DNA of 64,000 nucleotides from the human T2T-CHM13v2.0 reference genome, Homo sapiens: assembly GCF_009914755.1 (NCBI RefSeq), contig NC_060941.1, one strand, 5' to 3'. This document shows, piece after piece, positions 47,030-61,329 of the stretch (its first letter is position 1; every line of letters starts with the position of its first letter). The notes beneath the pieces are model-generated. The model saw nothing but the letters and a program-made list of their open reading frames with translations, ran no database searches and was not told the origin of the DNA. A program made the position numbers and the translations under genes.

Positions 47030-48680
47030 AAGTCACCAATGGGAAATATATTTGTCACAATATAACAGGCAAAGGACTCATGTCCAGAGTGCATGAAGGA
47101 TTTCTACAAATAAAATAAAGAATCCAACAGAAAAATGAAGAAGAGAAAGGAATAGGAACTTCATTTTTAAAAAAGAGAAAAGAAAAAGGAAGTAAGGAAA
47201 AACAAATGAACATCCAAATGGCCAGAAAGCATATAAAAATGCCCAACCTCATAAACCATCAGACAAATGTGATCCACAATGAGAAGCCAATACACACCGA
47301 CCAGCACGGCTAAAATTAAGAAGACTGTTAATACCAAGTGTTGGTGAGAATGTGAAGTAACTGAAACATTTATACACTGCTGGTGGAAATGTGAAATAGC
47401 ACAACTACTTTGGAAAATTATTTGGGAATACTGCTAAAGGTGAGCACCCCTATGATCCTGAAATCCCACTCCAATATGAAAACCCAAAAGAAATGCATCC
47501 TGATAGAGGCACTCTTCATAGTAGCCCAATGTTAATCATGGAAGAATGGACAAGTATATATCATATCATGGAATTTTTATGGTAATGAAAATAGATTAAT
47601 AACTGCCATGCACAGTTGGTGAATCCCACCAACATAATGTTGAGTGAAAGAAACCTGATACAAATGAATGTATACTACACTATTTCATTTCTGTGAAGCT
47701 CCAAAATAAGCAAAACGAACCTATAGTGTTATAAGTCAGTAGAGTGATTATCTTAGTATTTGCATGGGAGCTCTGGTAATGTTTTATTTCTTGATCTAAG
47801 GGCTGGTGTCCCAGATGTGTTCACTTTGTGATAATTCATCAATCTGTTTTCTTGGGAGCTGTGGCTTATCTGTGCAGATATACTCCAATTAAAAAAATCA
47901 TTCAACTCAATGACAACAACAACAAAAAAAACTCGATTTTTTAACATTTTGTGGAGTGTTTATTATGATCCAGTCAGCGTACTAAATACACTATTTTATT
48001 TGATCCTTAAAATAACTTAAACAACTTGATTTAAATATGGGCAAAGGACTTGAGAAGACATTTCTCCAAAGAAGATATACAAAAAGCACATGGAAAACCC
48101 TTGACATAATTAGTAATCTGGGAATGCAAATGTAAACCACGGTGGGATACCACTTCACACATGTTAGAATGACTATTATCCAAAAATAAAACAAACAGAA
48201 AATAACAAGCATTGGCAAGGATGTGGAGAAATTGAAACCCCCATGCATTGTTGGTGGGAATGTAAAATGGTGCAGCCGCTGTGGAAAACAGTTTGATGGC
48301 TCCTCAGAAAACCATACACAGAATTAACATATGATCCAGCATTGCCACTTTCAGGTATATACCCAAAACAATAGCATGAAACACATAAAGAGACATGTTC
48401 ATAGCAGTATTATTCAGAATAACTAAAAGGTGGAAGCCATGTTAAGTGTTCATTGACAGATGAATGGATAAGCAAAATGTGGTATATCCATACAATGAAA
48501 TATTATTCAGCTTTTAAAAGGAAGGAAATTTGATACATGCAACAACATGGATGAATCTTCAGGACATTGCGTTCAGTGAAATAAACCAGTCACAAAAAGA
48601 CAAATACTACAAGATTGCAATTACATGGATACCTAGAACAGTCAAATTCATACAGACAGAAAGTAGAATGGTGGTTGCCA
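47030..48680 (+). mobile_element. Old L1M fragments (L1ME-like 47.03-47.90 kb; L1MB-like 48.02-48.68 kb)
   Basis: ORF2-end/3' UTR motifs GGGCAAAGGACTTGA...CATTTCTCCAAAGAAGATATAC, TTGGTGGGAATGTAAAATGGTGCAGCC and AACATGGATGAA. Confidence 0.75.
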
Positions 48681-50156
48681 TGTCCCAAAGCCAACATAAA
48701 GCAGCAGTTGTGGACAGCTTCAGTTTCAGCTGAACTTGACTGTATGTTGTGCTGAAACCAGGGTAATCTGATGTCCAACACTCAGAGCCAGTTAAGACTT
48801 TTGTTTCTGGTGACCTGGGGAGCTGACAGTGCTTTTCAGGCACACCTGGGGTAACTCTTATTTCCCAAATGGGTTGGCAGATTGTTGTGGGTGCCAGGTC
48901 TTTGATGGACTGGATCTAGACACGAATAAATAGCCTGCTGGGATTTTGATTCGGATTGTAGTCAATCTATATTGAATCTGTGTTTTAAGAGTATAACCTC
49001 TTAACAATATTGAGTCTTCTCACTCATGAACAACATATATCTCCCCATTTATTTATGGCTTCTTTAATTTATCATAGCAATGTTTTACAGTTTTCTGTGT
49101 ACAGGCCTTTTACATTTTTTGTCAGATTTGTTCCTAAGTACTTTACATTTTGCATGCTATTGTAAATGTTGTTAATTTTTTTATTTTAATTTCTTCATTT
49201 TTTACTTGACAAATACAAATTTTATCTATTCATAGTGTACAATATGATATTTTGCAATATGTATACATTTTGGGATGGTTAATCCAACCAATAATATATG
49301 CATTACATTTTAATTTTCAATTAAGTTACAAAGCTCTCATTAAACAATTTTTGTACACTAATTTGTCCTGAAACCTTGATAAACACACTTATTAACTTCT
49401 TGTACATTCCACTGAATTTTCTACACAGACAGTCATGTCGTCTGTGAATAATGACCATTTATGTCTTTCTTTCCAAACTGAATGTCCTTTATTTCTGTTT
49501 CTTGGCTGATTGCACAGTCTACAGCCTCCAATACAGTGCTGGATAGAGGTGGTGAGGGCAGGCATCCCTAGTGTGTTCCTGATGTGAAGGGGAAAGTATT
49601 CAGTCTTCCACAATCAAGTGTGATGCTAGCTGAAGGACTTTTGGAATTGCCCTTTATCAGCTTGAGGAAGTTCCCTCTGTTCCTAATTTGCCTCAGTTTT
49701 TATCAATAATGGATGTTGGATTTTGCAAAATGTTTTTTCTGTATTGATTATGGTGATCATATAATTTTTTAGTTTGTTTATGTGGTAAATTACATTGATT
49801 TATTTTTTTACTCTTAAATCAACCTTGCATTTCTAGGATAAATACCACTTAATTATGATGTATTACATTTCTATTATATTTAGGATTCCATTTGCTAAAC
49901 TTTTGCATAGAATTCTTGCCCTATGTTCATGAGGATTATTGGTCTGTAGTTTTGTTTTCTTCTAATATCCTTGTCTGGCCAGGGTATCAGGGTAATGCTG
50001 ATTTCATAGATTGAGTTGGGAAGTATTTCCTCCTCTTCAGTTTTTGGAAGAGTTTGTGAAGTCTTGTTATTACTTCTCCCTTAAATGTTTGGTAAAATTC
50101 ACTACTATCACCATCTGGGCCTGAATTTCTTTATAGGGAGGTTTTTATGTTATTCT

Positions 50157-50456
<300 letters not shown>

Positions 50457-50458
50457 GA

Positions 50459-51819
50459 TTTTTTTTTTTTTTTGAGGGAGAGTCTCGCTCTGTTGCCCAG
50501 GCTGGAGTGCAGAGGTGTGACCTCAGCTCACTGCAACCTCGGGGGAACCCACCCCTGATAATTCAATGTGGGTACTTTTCTATTTTCCCTAAGTGTCAGC
50601 CAGTCTGAGAAATAAAGGGAAAGAGTACAAAAGAGAGAAATTTTAAAGCTGGGTTTCCAAGGGAGACATCACATGTCGGCAGGTTCCATGAGGCCCCACA
50701 AGCCGCAAAAGCAGCCAGTTTTTATTAGTGGTTTTCAAATGGGGAGGGAGTGTATGAACAGGGTGTGGGTCACAGAGATCACATGCTTCACAAGGTAATA
50801 AAATATCACAAGGCAAATGGAGGCAGAGTGAGATCACAGGACTGGGGTGAAATTAAAATTGTTAATGAAGTTTCGGGCACGCATTGTCATTGATAACATC
50901 TTATCAGGAGACAGGGTTTGAGAGCAGATAACCAGGTCTGACCAAAATTTATTAGGCGGGAATTTCCTCATCCTAATAAGCCTGGGAGTGCTACAGGAGA
51001 CCGGGGCTTATTTCATCCCTTATCGACGATCATAAAAGGCAGATGTTCACAGAGCGGCCATCTCAGAGACCTCCCCCTAGGAACACACTCTCTTTCTCAG
51101 GGCTGTTCTTCGCTGAGAAAAAGAATTCAGTGATATTTCTCCTCTTTGCTTTTGAAAGAAGAGAAACATGGCTCTGTTCCGCCTGGCTCTCAGGCAGCCA
51201 GACCTAATGGATATCTCCCTTGTTCCCTGAACATCGCTGTTATCCTGTTCTTTTTTCAAGGTGCCCAGATTTCATATTGTTTAAACAATTTGTGCAGTTA
51301 ATGCAATCATCACAGGGTCATGAGGCGACATACATCCTCAGTTTATGAAGATGACAGGATTAGGAGATTAAAGTAAAGACGGGCATAGGAAATCACAAGA
51401 GTATTGATTGGGGAAGTGATAAATGTCCATGAAATCACAATTTATGTTCAGAGATTGCAGTAAAGACAGACATAAGAAATTATAAAAGTATTAATTTGGG
51501 GAACTAATACATGTCCATGAAATCTTCACAATTTATGTTCTTCTGCCATGGCTTCAGCCAGTCCCTCCATTCAGGGTCCCTGACTTCCTGCAACACCCCC
51601 CATCCCAGGTTCAAGCAATTTTCCTGCCTCAACCTCCCAAGTCTTTGGGGTTACAGGTGCCTGCCACCATACCTAGCTAATTTTTGTATTTTTAGTAGAG
51701 ATGAGGTTTCACTATGTTGGCCAAGCTGGTCTCGAACTCCTGACCTCAGGTGATCTGTCTGCATCAACCTCCCAAGGTGCTGGTGCTGGGATTAAAGGCA
51801 TAAGCCACTGTGCCTAGCC
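50459..51819 (-). mobile_element. AluS split by a MER11 LTR (pieces 50,459-50,538 and 51,596-51,819)
   Basis: The Alu breaks at CTCACTGCAACC and resumes at ...TCCCAGGTTCAAGC. A 14-bp TSD TATAGGGAGGTTTT lies at 50,132-50,145 and 51,820-51,833. Confidence 0.85.
50539..51595 (-). mobile_element. MER11 solo LTR (HERV-K11/HML-8)
   Basis: Reverse strand starts TGTTGCAGGAAGTCAGGGACCC...TGAAGCCATGGCAGAAGAACATAAATTGTGAAGATTTCATGGACAT and ends GGGTTCCCCCGA; length ~1.06 kb. Confidence 0.9.
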
Positions 51820-51848
51820 TATAGGGAGGTTTTAAAACAACACTTTTC

Positions 51849-51883
51849 ATCATTTCTAGGCCTTTTACCTAAGATCAAGTGTA
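51849..51883 (+). pseudogene. 3'-truncated U2 snRNA retrocopy (nt 1-35)
   Basis: ATCATTTCTAGGCCTTTTACCTAAGATCAAGTGTA versus the U2 5' end ATCGCTTCTCGGCCTTTTGGCTAAGATCAAGTGTA gives 30/35 identity, followed by a short A run. Confidence 0.85.
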
Positions 51884-52766
51884 AAAAATGAATTTGAGTT
51901 TCTTTAATAGATACAGGGGTTTTCAAGTTATCCATTTCTTCTTGGGTGAACTTTGGTAATTTGTCTTTGAACTAATTTGTCAATTTTATCCATGGTGTTG
52001 AATTTAATTGGCATAAAAGTATTCCTAGTATTATTTTACTATCCCTTTATATCTGTAGAATCTTTAGTGATGTCACCTCTCTCATACCTTCTACTGGTAA
52101 TTCTCTCTTTTTTCCCTGATCAATCTGGCTGAAAATGTATCAATGTCATTGATTTTCCCAAAGAACAAGACTTGGGATTCATTGATTTTCCTCTAACCTA
52201 TTTTCTTTCACTGATTCCCACTTTGATCTTTATTATTCCATTTTTCTGCTTACTTTGGATTTAATTTGCTTTTTTTTCCCATCTTTAAGTGAAAACTGAA
52301 GTCACTGATTTGAGTCCTCTCTTCTTTTCTAATATAATATTTAATGACATAAATTTTCCTCTAGGTACTGTTTTAGTGACAGCCCATATATTCTATGTTG
52401 TTTTCTATTTTCATTCACTTTGAATTGCTTTCTAATTTCCCTTTAGATTTCTCCTTTGACCTATGGGTTATTTAGAAGTGTATTAGATGTCAGATATTTG
52501 GGGATTTTCAAGGATCTTTCTGTCACTGATTTCTAATTTAATTCTAATTCGTCATATGCAGTATGTTCCACAGAGAACACACTGTGTATGATGAATGCTT
52601 TTGAATTTATTGAGACTTTTAAAAATCAGCCACAATGTGGTCTAGATTCATAAATGTTCCATGTGCACTTGGGAAAAATCTGTATTCTGCTATTGTAGAG
52701 CGAAGTGTTCTGCAAATATCAATCAAGTCAAGTTAGCTGATAGTGTTGTTCAAATCTACTATATTC

Positions 52767-53080
52767 TTTTTTGTTTGTTTGTTTGTTTGTTTGTTTTTGA
52801 GATGGAGTCTCATTCTGTAGCCCAGTTTAGAGTGCAGCAGCACAATCTCGGCTCACTGCAACCTCTGCCTCCTGGGTTCAAGTAATTCTCCCTGCCTCAG
52901 CCTCCCAAGTAGCTGGGATTACAAGCGCTTGCCACATGTCCAGCTAATTTTTGTATTTTTAGTAGAGATGGGGTTTTGCCATGTTGGCCAGACTGGTCTC
53001 GAACTCCTGACCTCAGGTAATCTGCCCACTTCGGCCTCCCAAAGTACTGGGATTACAGGCATGAGCCACTGCACCCAGCA
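52767..53080 (-). mobile_element. AluS (Sx/Sq-like)
   Basis: Full-length Alu with a (TTTG)n tail. TSD AAATCTACTATATTC/AAATCTACTGCATTC. Confidence 0.9.
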
Positions 53081-53683
53081 AAATCTACTGCATTCTTACT
53101 GATTTTCTGCCCACTTGTTCTATTAATTATTGAGAGAGAGCTATTAAAATATCTGATAGTTATGCATTTTTCTATTTCTCTTTGATGTTTTATTAGTTTT
53201 TCTTTTATTCATTTTGAAGGCTTATTAGGTACAAAAACATGAAGGATTGTTATATCTTCTTCGCTGACCACATCGTCAGTATGAAATAACCTTTAATTCC
53301 TAGAAATAATTCTTTGCTCTGAAATCTATTTTGATATTAATATAGCCACTCTAAATTTCTTTTGACTAGTTTTAGCATGGTATATCTTTTTCCATCTTTA
53401 TACTTTTAACCTATTTGTGTCTTTATATTTATAGTGCCTTTCTTATAGGCAGAATATAGTTGGGTCTTTGTTTTTCAATGTAATTTGACACTCTCTGCCT
53501 TTTAGTTGGGGTATTTAGACTATTTACCTTTAATATGATTACTGATATGATTAGGTTGAGCCACTCACCTTGCATATGTTCTCTATTCATCTCATCTGTT
53601 TTTTATTTCCTTTTTCCATTTTCCTTTGAATTAATCAAGTATTTTTATCATACCATTTTATCTCATTTTATCTCTCTTGTTAA

Positions 53684-53990
<307 letters not shown>

Positions 53991-54899
53991 TACAATTCTT
54001 TTTTGTTTTAATTGTAAACCTTAAGATAATACATTTTATTTGAAGTAAGGTGCTGAAGAGGTGTTATTTGTGTAGGGTGTTAAAATAATGGTAAGCTATG
54101 AGAAGGGGAAAAGGGCACTGAGGCTAAGGAGTTAGTTTAAAAAAAAACAGACCAGTACACATGGGAATGTTTGTGTAGTTTTGTACTGGGGTGGTTAGAT
54201 TTGGCAGTCGCTGAAGCTATGTATGTAGGCAAAGACTGAATGAGAGATGAATCTGGAATGGCAATTTCAAATTAGTCACTAGAAGACCTCAAACCATCCC
54301 CTCTACAACCCCAGTTCTGTAGATATTGAAAGAATGGTGGACCCGGGGCCCACTCTCTCTGAACTTGACTCCTCACTTCCCTATGAAAGCTGGCTTTGCT
54401 ATGTGCCCTGTGATATACATCTGTTTGTCCCCACTTTCCAAAAGTATGAATCTTGTCTCTGGTTTACCTCCAATGCCTAGAAAAATATGTGGCAGAACGC
54501 ATGCTTCAGTAAATAATCTTTTAATCACTGAATATTTCAAGAATTCCACATAATTCTATAAGACATTATTAACTATTGTAAATTTTTAAGTGGAGAAAAA
54601 GTACTATGTTGCCTTTATTTCATGAAAGCAACCTTAAGAGTTGGCATGAACACATCTATCCATCTACTTGTGTTTGTGCTCATATACTCATATCCCACTT
54701 ACTATGGATGAATGGAATGATCTATCATCTAAAGTCAATATTTCTTTTTCCTAACTTCCAATCCAAGGACATTATTCCAGAAATACTTCCTTGTATGTCC
54801 TACATTATCAATTTTGCCCTCTCTGTGGATGATTTCCATTGGCATGCAAACATGCTGTTATTTTTTCTCTTCTTATAGAACATTAAACACAACGATCTT

Positions 54900-55250
54900 G
54901 ACTCTACTTCCTCTACAATTACTTGCCTTTTCTCCATTCCTTTTTTTGAGTGAAGCTTCTTGAAATTGTTGCCTGTGCTTACTGCATTCAACCCCTCTAC
55001 TTTGTTCTCTCAGAAATCCCTTTTGGTCAAGCTTTCTCCTTATCACTTCACCCAAAGGACTCTTGTGAGGTCATCAGGGCTAGCCACTTTACTAAATCCA
55101 ATGGCTGTTTATCAGGTCCCATTTTATGTCAACTTTCAGCAGCATTTGATAAAGTTGGCCACCATTTTCTTGAAATAATGTTTTCCTTTGGCTTTGTGAA
55201 CATCATACTCTCCTTTACTGGTTGCTTTTCAGTTTCTTTTTCTGGTTCCT
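54900..55250 (+). mobile_element. L2 RT relic
   Basis: Translation KSNG...LSAAFDKVGHHFL resembles the L2/CR1 RT motif LDLSAAFDTVDH. Confidence 0.65.
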
Positions 55251-55257
55251 CTTTACC

Positions 55258-56225
55258 CTTCTTTATTTTTATTTCAATAGGTTTTTGTGGGGAACAGGCA
55301 GTGTTTTGTATATAAGTTTTTTAGTGGCAATATCTGAGATTTTTATGCATCCATCACCAGAGCAGTGTACACTGTACCCAATGTGTAGTCTTTTATCCCT
55401 CGACCCCCTCCCACCCTTTCCCCCAAGTCCCCAAAGTCCATTGTATCATTCTTATGCCTTTGCATCCTCATAGCTTAGCTCCCACTTACAAGTAACAATA
55501 TACAATGTTTGGTTTTCCATTTCCAAGTTACTTCATTTGGAATAATGGTCTCCAATTCCATCCAGGTTGCTGTAAATGCCATTATTTCGTTCCTTTTTAG
55601 GGTTAAGTAGTATTCCATGGCATGTATGTTGTGTATATATATATACATATATACATGTATATATATATACATGTATATATGTATATATATATACACGCAC
55701 ATATATACACACATACATACATATACACATATATATCACATTTTCTTTATTCACTCGTTGATCGATGAGCATTTGGGCTGGTTCCTTATTTTTGCAATTG
55801 TGAATGGTGCTGCTATAAACATGCATGTGCAAGTATCTTTTTCATGTAATGATTTCTTTTCCTCTGGGTAGATAACCAGAAGTGGGATTGCTGGATCAAG
55901 TGGTAGATCTACTTTTAGTTCTTTAAGGAACCCCCCACCCTGTTTTCCATAGTGGTTGTATTTGTTTACATTCCCACCAACAGTGTAAAAGTGTTCCCTT
56001 TTCACCACATCCACACCAACATCTATTTTAATTTTTTGATCTTTTTATTATGGTCATTCTTGCAAGATTAAGGTTGTATCATGTTGTGGTTTTGATGTGC
56101 ATTTCCCTGATAATTAGCGAGGTTGAGTATTTTTTATATGTTTGTTGGCCATTAGTATATCTTCTTTTGAGAATTGTCTATTCATGTCCTTAGCCCACTT
56201 TTTGATGAGATTGTTTGTTTTTTCC
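55258..56225 (-). mobile_element. L1PB-like 3' end with an internal (TA/CA)n expansion at ~55,630-55,738
   Basis: TTTCAATAGGTTTTTG...CCCCAAAGTCCATTGTATCATTCTTATGCCTTTGCATCCTCATAGCTTAGCTCCCAC. Reverse ORFs give L1 ORF2 C-terminal-like DPAIPLL...KDTCTCMFIAA. Confidence 0.85.
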
Positions 56226-57280
56226 TGAGCAGCTACAATTCTTTGGCTTGTTATTTTAGTGGTTGCTTATGGATTTATAGTGCATGTCTTCCACTGATCA
56301 CAGTCTACCTTCAAGTGATAATATATCACTTTAGTATAAGAAACCTACATCGTATACTTCTTCCCTCCTAGTCTTTAAGCTATGACTGTCATCCATTTTA
56401 TTTTACATGTCATAAATTCCATAGTAATTTATTATTTTTGTTTAAACAATAATATTTTAAAGAGGTTTAAGTAATAATAACAAATCATATATTTGTCCAT
56501 GTTGTTACTATTTCTGGTGCTCTTCATTCCTTTGTGCAGATCTAGATTTCAATATGGTATCCTTCTTACTTTTACTGCCTAAAAGACATCCTTTAATTTT
56601 TCTTGTAGTGCAGGTCTCCAGGTAAGAAAGTCTTAAGTCTTTACAAGTCTAAAAATGTATTTATTTCTTCATATCCGTTATTCTCTTTTTGGTAGTATCT
56701 AGTTGGCTGTGACACTAATCCATTAAACTTTCCATTTCAATTATGGTATTTTTCAAATCTAGATTTCTATTTGGTAATTTTTCCCAATCTACTTGATTAT
56801 TTTCATACTCATGCTCTTTAATCCCCTTGTTTCTTTACGTGTAAGACACACTTTATGTGATGTTTGGTGACTCTAATATCTTAAGTCTCTGTAGGTTTTT
56901 TCCTCTGTACATTGTTCCTGCTGGCTCTTGCACATTATACATGTTTGTAATTTTTGAATAAAAACTTACATTCCATGAAGCTGTCTTCCATTTTGCTTTT
57001 GCCAGGCACCTGGAAGGCATTAAAAACCTGATGTCACTTTAAATTTGCAGCTTGAGACTTTTTAGGATTATACAGCTTGTGTGTGAAGCCACCAGTGAAA
57101 GGGCTGCCCATGGTTATGTATTAATGTATCCTCACTCTCGGGCGAGATGTTTTCCCTCAGGATGGACAATTTTGTCTACTGTTCCAGGGGCTGCAGGGGA
57201 TAGAGGTGGCAGGAGACAGGGGAGGCAGACAGGTTGATTCATAGTTCCCTCCTACACTAAACCTATCTTTTTGGTGTCCT

Positions 57281-57517
57281 TTTTTTTTTTTTTTTTTTTT
57301 TTGAGACGGAGTCTTGCTCTGTCGCCCAGGCTGGAGTGCAGTGGTGCGATCTCGGCTCACTGCAAGCTCCGCCTCCCGGGTTCACACGCCATTCTCCTGC
57401 CTCAGCCTCCTGAGTAGCTGGGACTACAGACGCCCACTACCACACTTGGCTAATTTTTTGTATTTTTAGTAGAGACGGGGTTTCACTATGTTGGCCAAGA
57501 TAGTCTCAATCTCTTGA
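57281..57517 (-). mobile_element. AluY-like, 5'-truncated
   Basis: Long poly-T, GAGACGGAGTCTTGCTCTGTCGCCCAGG and TGCAAGCTCCGCCTCCCGGGTTCA. TSD GGTGTCCT at 57,273-57,280 and 57,518-57,525. Confidence 0.9.
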
Positions 57518-57904
57518 GGTGTCCTACTTTTTGATGTCTTCTCCTAATCCTCCTACCTTGGACAGGATCTAAACTTTGTCTGCTATTCTGCTGCCCTATC
57601 ATCATCCCAGACTATGAAAAGCAAGTTTCAGTATGACACTTGGCAACTATCTTAAGGGTGAAAAATGGCATCTAATTACTTCTTTGGGTTTCTACTTTCA
57701 CTTTTTAATTTTAATTTTTTTTGCCTTTGTGAACTCTTAATTATTTTGCACCTCATTGATACATTTTTTTAAAATGGTTCTTGATATGTATTCCAGAAAT
57801 TTTTGTTGTTTTCTGGTCCTTGTCAGCCCATGTTGCCGGAAATAAAATTATTTCAACTTGTTCTTTAACAATTTACAGTATCCATATATTCCTTCCTGTT
57901 CCAG

Positions 57905-58070
57905 AGGCAATAGAGTGAGAACACACACTTAGGAGCCAAGCTGGCCTGAGATTAAGATCCACCAGCAATGTGACCTCAATAGCCTATTTACATTCTGAGC
58001 CTCAGTTTTTCATAGGGTTGGTGTGATAATTATATGAGGTAATATATGAATATTACTTAAAACAGAGACT
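57905..58070 (+). mobile_element. MIR fragment
   Basis: TGTGACCT...CTGAGCCTCAGTTT is a MIR core-like sequence. Confidence 0.55.
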
Positions 58071-59339
58071 GGTAAGGATGGACTTTCTTGTTATTATTAT
58101 CTGAAAAATTTGAAAAATTATGAGCCTGAGTAACAGTTATACATCTTACCCATTGGTTCACTAACCTCTGGCCCCTGGCTACCCCAGACCCCTCTACCAT
58201 GCAGTCACCCACACCCATGCTTACACTGATGGAGAGGAGTCATCTATGAGCTATTCACTGGATGACAGGCCCAGCTACTGTCACAGATGCACTCCAAGTC
58301 CAGGACAGAATGCTAGCAGATAGCTGCTGGTCTGAGAAATGTCATCATCATATAAGCCTGAGTGAAAACACAACCCCTTTACTACTAAGAAATCTAAAAA
58401 CAAACAAACATAAACCAACATAATTTTAAATTTTGTATTTTTTATGATGTCATTTGTCCCAACAGCCATCTGACATCAATAGTCCTGATTACTAAAAATC
58501 TCAACACATTATAGAAATGTTCTTCTCCTTTTTGAAAACCATGTTTATTTTTCCCCCACAATACAGTGCTATCTGCAAAGCCTTGAACTGATAACATAGC
58601 TCAGGGGCTAACTCTATCTTAGCAGAGTAGCAGCTGAAAAAAGAAAGCAATTCTTAACAAACAGGGAGATCAGGAATGCTCACTTCAAAAACATTATTTA
58701 TTCAGGGCAAGTGGGCAAGTGGTATTTCTGATGTGCAAATGAAGCTTAAACTTCAGCTTTAATTTATAAGAATTAGGAAATGCAGATTAAATCTCTGATG
58801 CCACATTGTGAATTCAGTAAAGGTTAACTAATCTACGATGCAAAGACAAACTTTAGCTATCCTACACTTATTATTCTGGAAATTTAATGAAAATTAAACA
58901 AGAAGACTAACAGAGTATAAGAATTGTCCCCCCGTCTTAACACTGCTGTTTCCAGCCTCTGTTGCCTGAAACACTGCAGAATACTTCAGATTTTTTTAAC
59001 CCCAACTTTTTATTGAGTAAAACCAAAGTACTAAACTAATAAATGTGAAAAAGGATGTTGGGCTTAAAAAGAAAAAGCCTCAAGACATCGAGCCTCTTAG
59101 ATATTTTAAAAGTGAAGACCGAGAAGGAATGCACTGTTGCTAAATAGAATTATAGGATTATGGTCAATTTATAATCTTTTCAACATGGGATTTGAATGTT
59201 CTGATATTAGATACGATGTACGTACTTTATTTATATAGTACCTCCTGAGAAGAAAAAAAATCAATATTGGTTTATACAGTATTTTGCATGCTATTCACGT
59301 ATGCAGTGATGTATACGATATCAGAGCTAGAAAATGGCT

Positions 59340-60170
59340 TAGATACGATTTGTATTCAGCGCTGGGCGGGTCCGGCCCCGCCAAGCCCCGCCCCGACACC
59401 ACCCCCCCCCCTGCCCCGCCTCATCCCGCCCCCTCCGACCCGCCCCAGCCGCACCCCTTCCCCCTCCGCCCCGCCCCGTCCCCTCCACCCCGCCCCGCTC
59501 GGCTTCGTCACCTCTGCCCCGCCTCGACCCCTCCCCTCCTCCCTGCCTCGTCCCCTCCGCCCCGTCCCGCCCCCTGAGGCATGCGCGGTGCTCCCGGCAG
59601 GCGGGGCTGGCTGTTGGAGGAATGTGCGAGGATCTCCGTGGCCGGTGTCTGAAGTCGTCAGTTTACTGCTTGTAATGAACATAGTGATCACTGGGAACCT
59701 GGAAGTAGAGACTCCTTTGCGCCGTCCCGCCGTCCCTCTGGCTGCTGCGAATCCCCCCGCCAGCCTCCAGGACCCCGGGCTGGCTCAACGCCCCCACCGG
59801 CCCCGCCGCCCCAGGGCCCGCTACGCGCCCGGCATAATGGGAGAAAAATCAGGACGGAAAGGCCCAGCCCCTCGCCATGCAGACGGGAAGCTCGGCCTGC
59901 ACATGTGAGGACCCTTACGCCCCTTGGGGCTTCACCCCCTTTGCTGGCTCCAATAGTCTGGGTCGGGGCCTCCTTGTCCTGTGGGGGCCTCTGGGCCACA
60001 AGAACACAGGCCCGAGCCCCGGCGAGCTCGCGGGCCTCCCACCAGCCGTGCTCAGGCTGCACTTCTGCACCCCAGCCCTGCACCTGCGGGACCACCTGGG
60101 TCACTTTTCCATTCTGATAAAGTCCCCGTACTTCGTGGCTGCAGGCTCCTCAAGCCCCAGGTCTGTGCAG
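59340..60170. promoter_or_regulatory. CpG-island promoter of an unidentified transcript
   Basis: Abrupt GC/CpG-rich island in an AT-rich background, with many CCGCCC (Sp/KLF) boxes at 59,360-59,575 and an NRF1-like GCATGCGC at 59,579-59,586. Candidate donors: CAT|GTGAGG (+, 59,905) and GGC|GTAAGG (-, ~59,918). Confidence 0.75.
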
Positions 60171-60774
60171 GGATGAGCAAAACAGCAGAATATCCGCGCT
60201 ACATCTTTCTGGAGCACCCATTTTACTACCAGATTTGGAAGGAACAAAGTTAAGTAATTTCCAGGATAAGTAATTAAAATTTTATGATGAAAAGGCTGGA
60301 AACTCTTCTCCTGGTAATAACTGTCAGACATATCTGTGCCTGAAATGTCAGACTTTCTCTGAGAAAAAAACTGAGAACCTGTTTCCCATTATTTTAAATA
60401 GGAAACATTATAGGGCACAGCAAGTCAATAGAAAAAAACCTACCAATTTCCTAATTCACAGTGTGGCAGTAGGTTTAAGTTGCACGTAAGTTAGCAGGTA
60501 AAATGCTTAAATGTTACCACGTGGTCACCCACATTTGATATGGTTGTTAACATGCAGTTGCCTTGGATGCAGTAGCTTTGGCTTGAGACCAGCAACATCA
60601 CACGTGAACCTCTCCTTTGTCAACACACCAAAGCTTTTTGAAGTGACCGTCATGATCCTGATGGTCTACCAGTTGTTTCTGGAAGCAACATGTGGCTTTT
60701 CCAGCAAAGTATTTAGTTTAAAATGTTGTAATTTTTGAAAGCTCAAACATTATCTCTACAACCATCAGCCGAAA

Positions 60775-61031
60775 AATTTGAGACAGGTTCTTGCTCTTTT
60801 GCCTGAACTGCACCATGATAGGGGCTCCAGCGATCCACCTGCTTCAGCCTCCCCAGAAGCTGAGACCACAGGTGTGTGCCACCATGCCTGTTAATTTCTA
60901 AATTTTTTGTAGAAATTACATCTCCCCACATTGCCGAGGCTGGTCTTGAACTTCTAGACTCAAGCAATTTTCCTGACTTGGCCTCCTAAAGTGCTGGAAT
61001 TACAGACGTGAGTCACCGACCGCACCTAGCC
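60775..61031 (-). mobile_element. AluJ-like, degenerate
   Basis: GCTGGTCTTGAACTTCTAGACTCAAGCAAT...AAAGTGCTGGAATTACAGACGTGAGTCACC. Confidence 0.75.
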
Positions 61032-61329
61032 TGAAAAATGTTTTGTGAGATAAATAGCTGCTATACAGTTTAGATATTAAAAACTAAGATGTGTTCTCCC
61101 AGGAAAGTAATAATTTTGGATATATTCTGTGTCACATCCTGTATGATGAAATAGATGGCAAAAGAATCCCATTTAATTTAAAGATGGAAGCTGTAACTTC
61201 AAGTAAATTTGGAGCTGAGGAGTCCTTTCGGGCTATGACCCCAGAATTCTGGGGTTCTCTGTACTGATATTTTGCTAGTGTCCACACACAAGCATTCCTT
61301 AATGCTGTGCGTTAAACAAATAGACCTTC

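Noticed and set aside
51395-51540. ~90-bp internal tandem duplication
   Set aside because: A normal feature of the MER11 LTR as I recall the consensus.
59267-59908. 213-aa proline-rich ORF
   Set aside because: A by-product of the C-rich promoter tract, with a non-ATG start.
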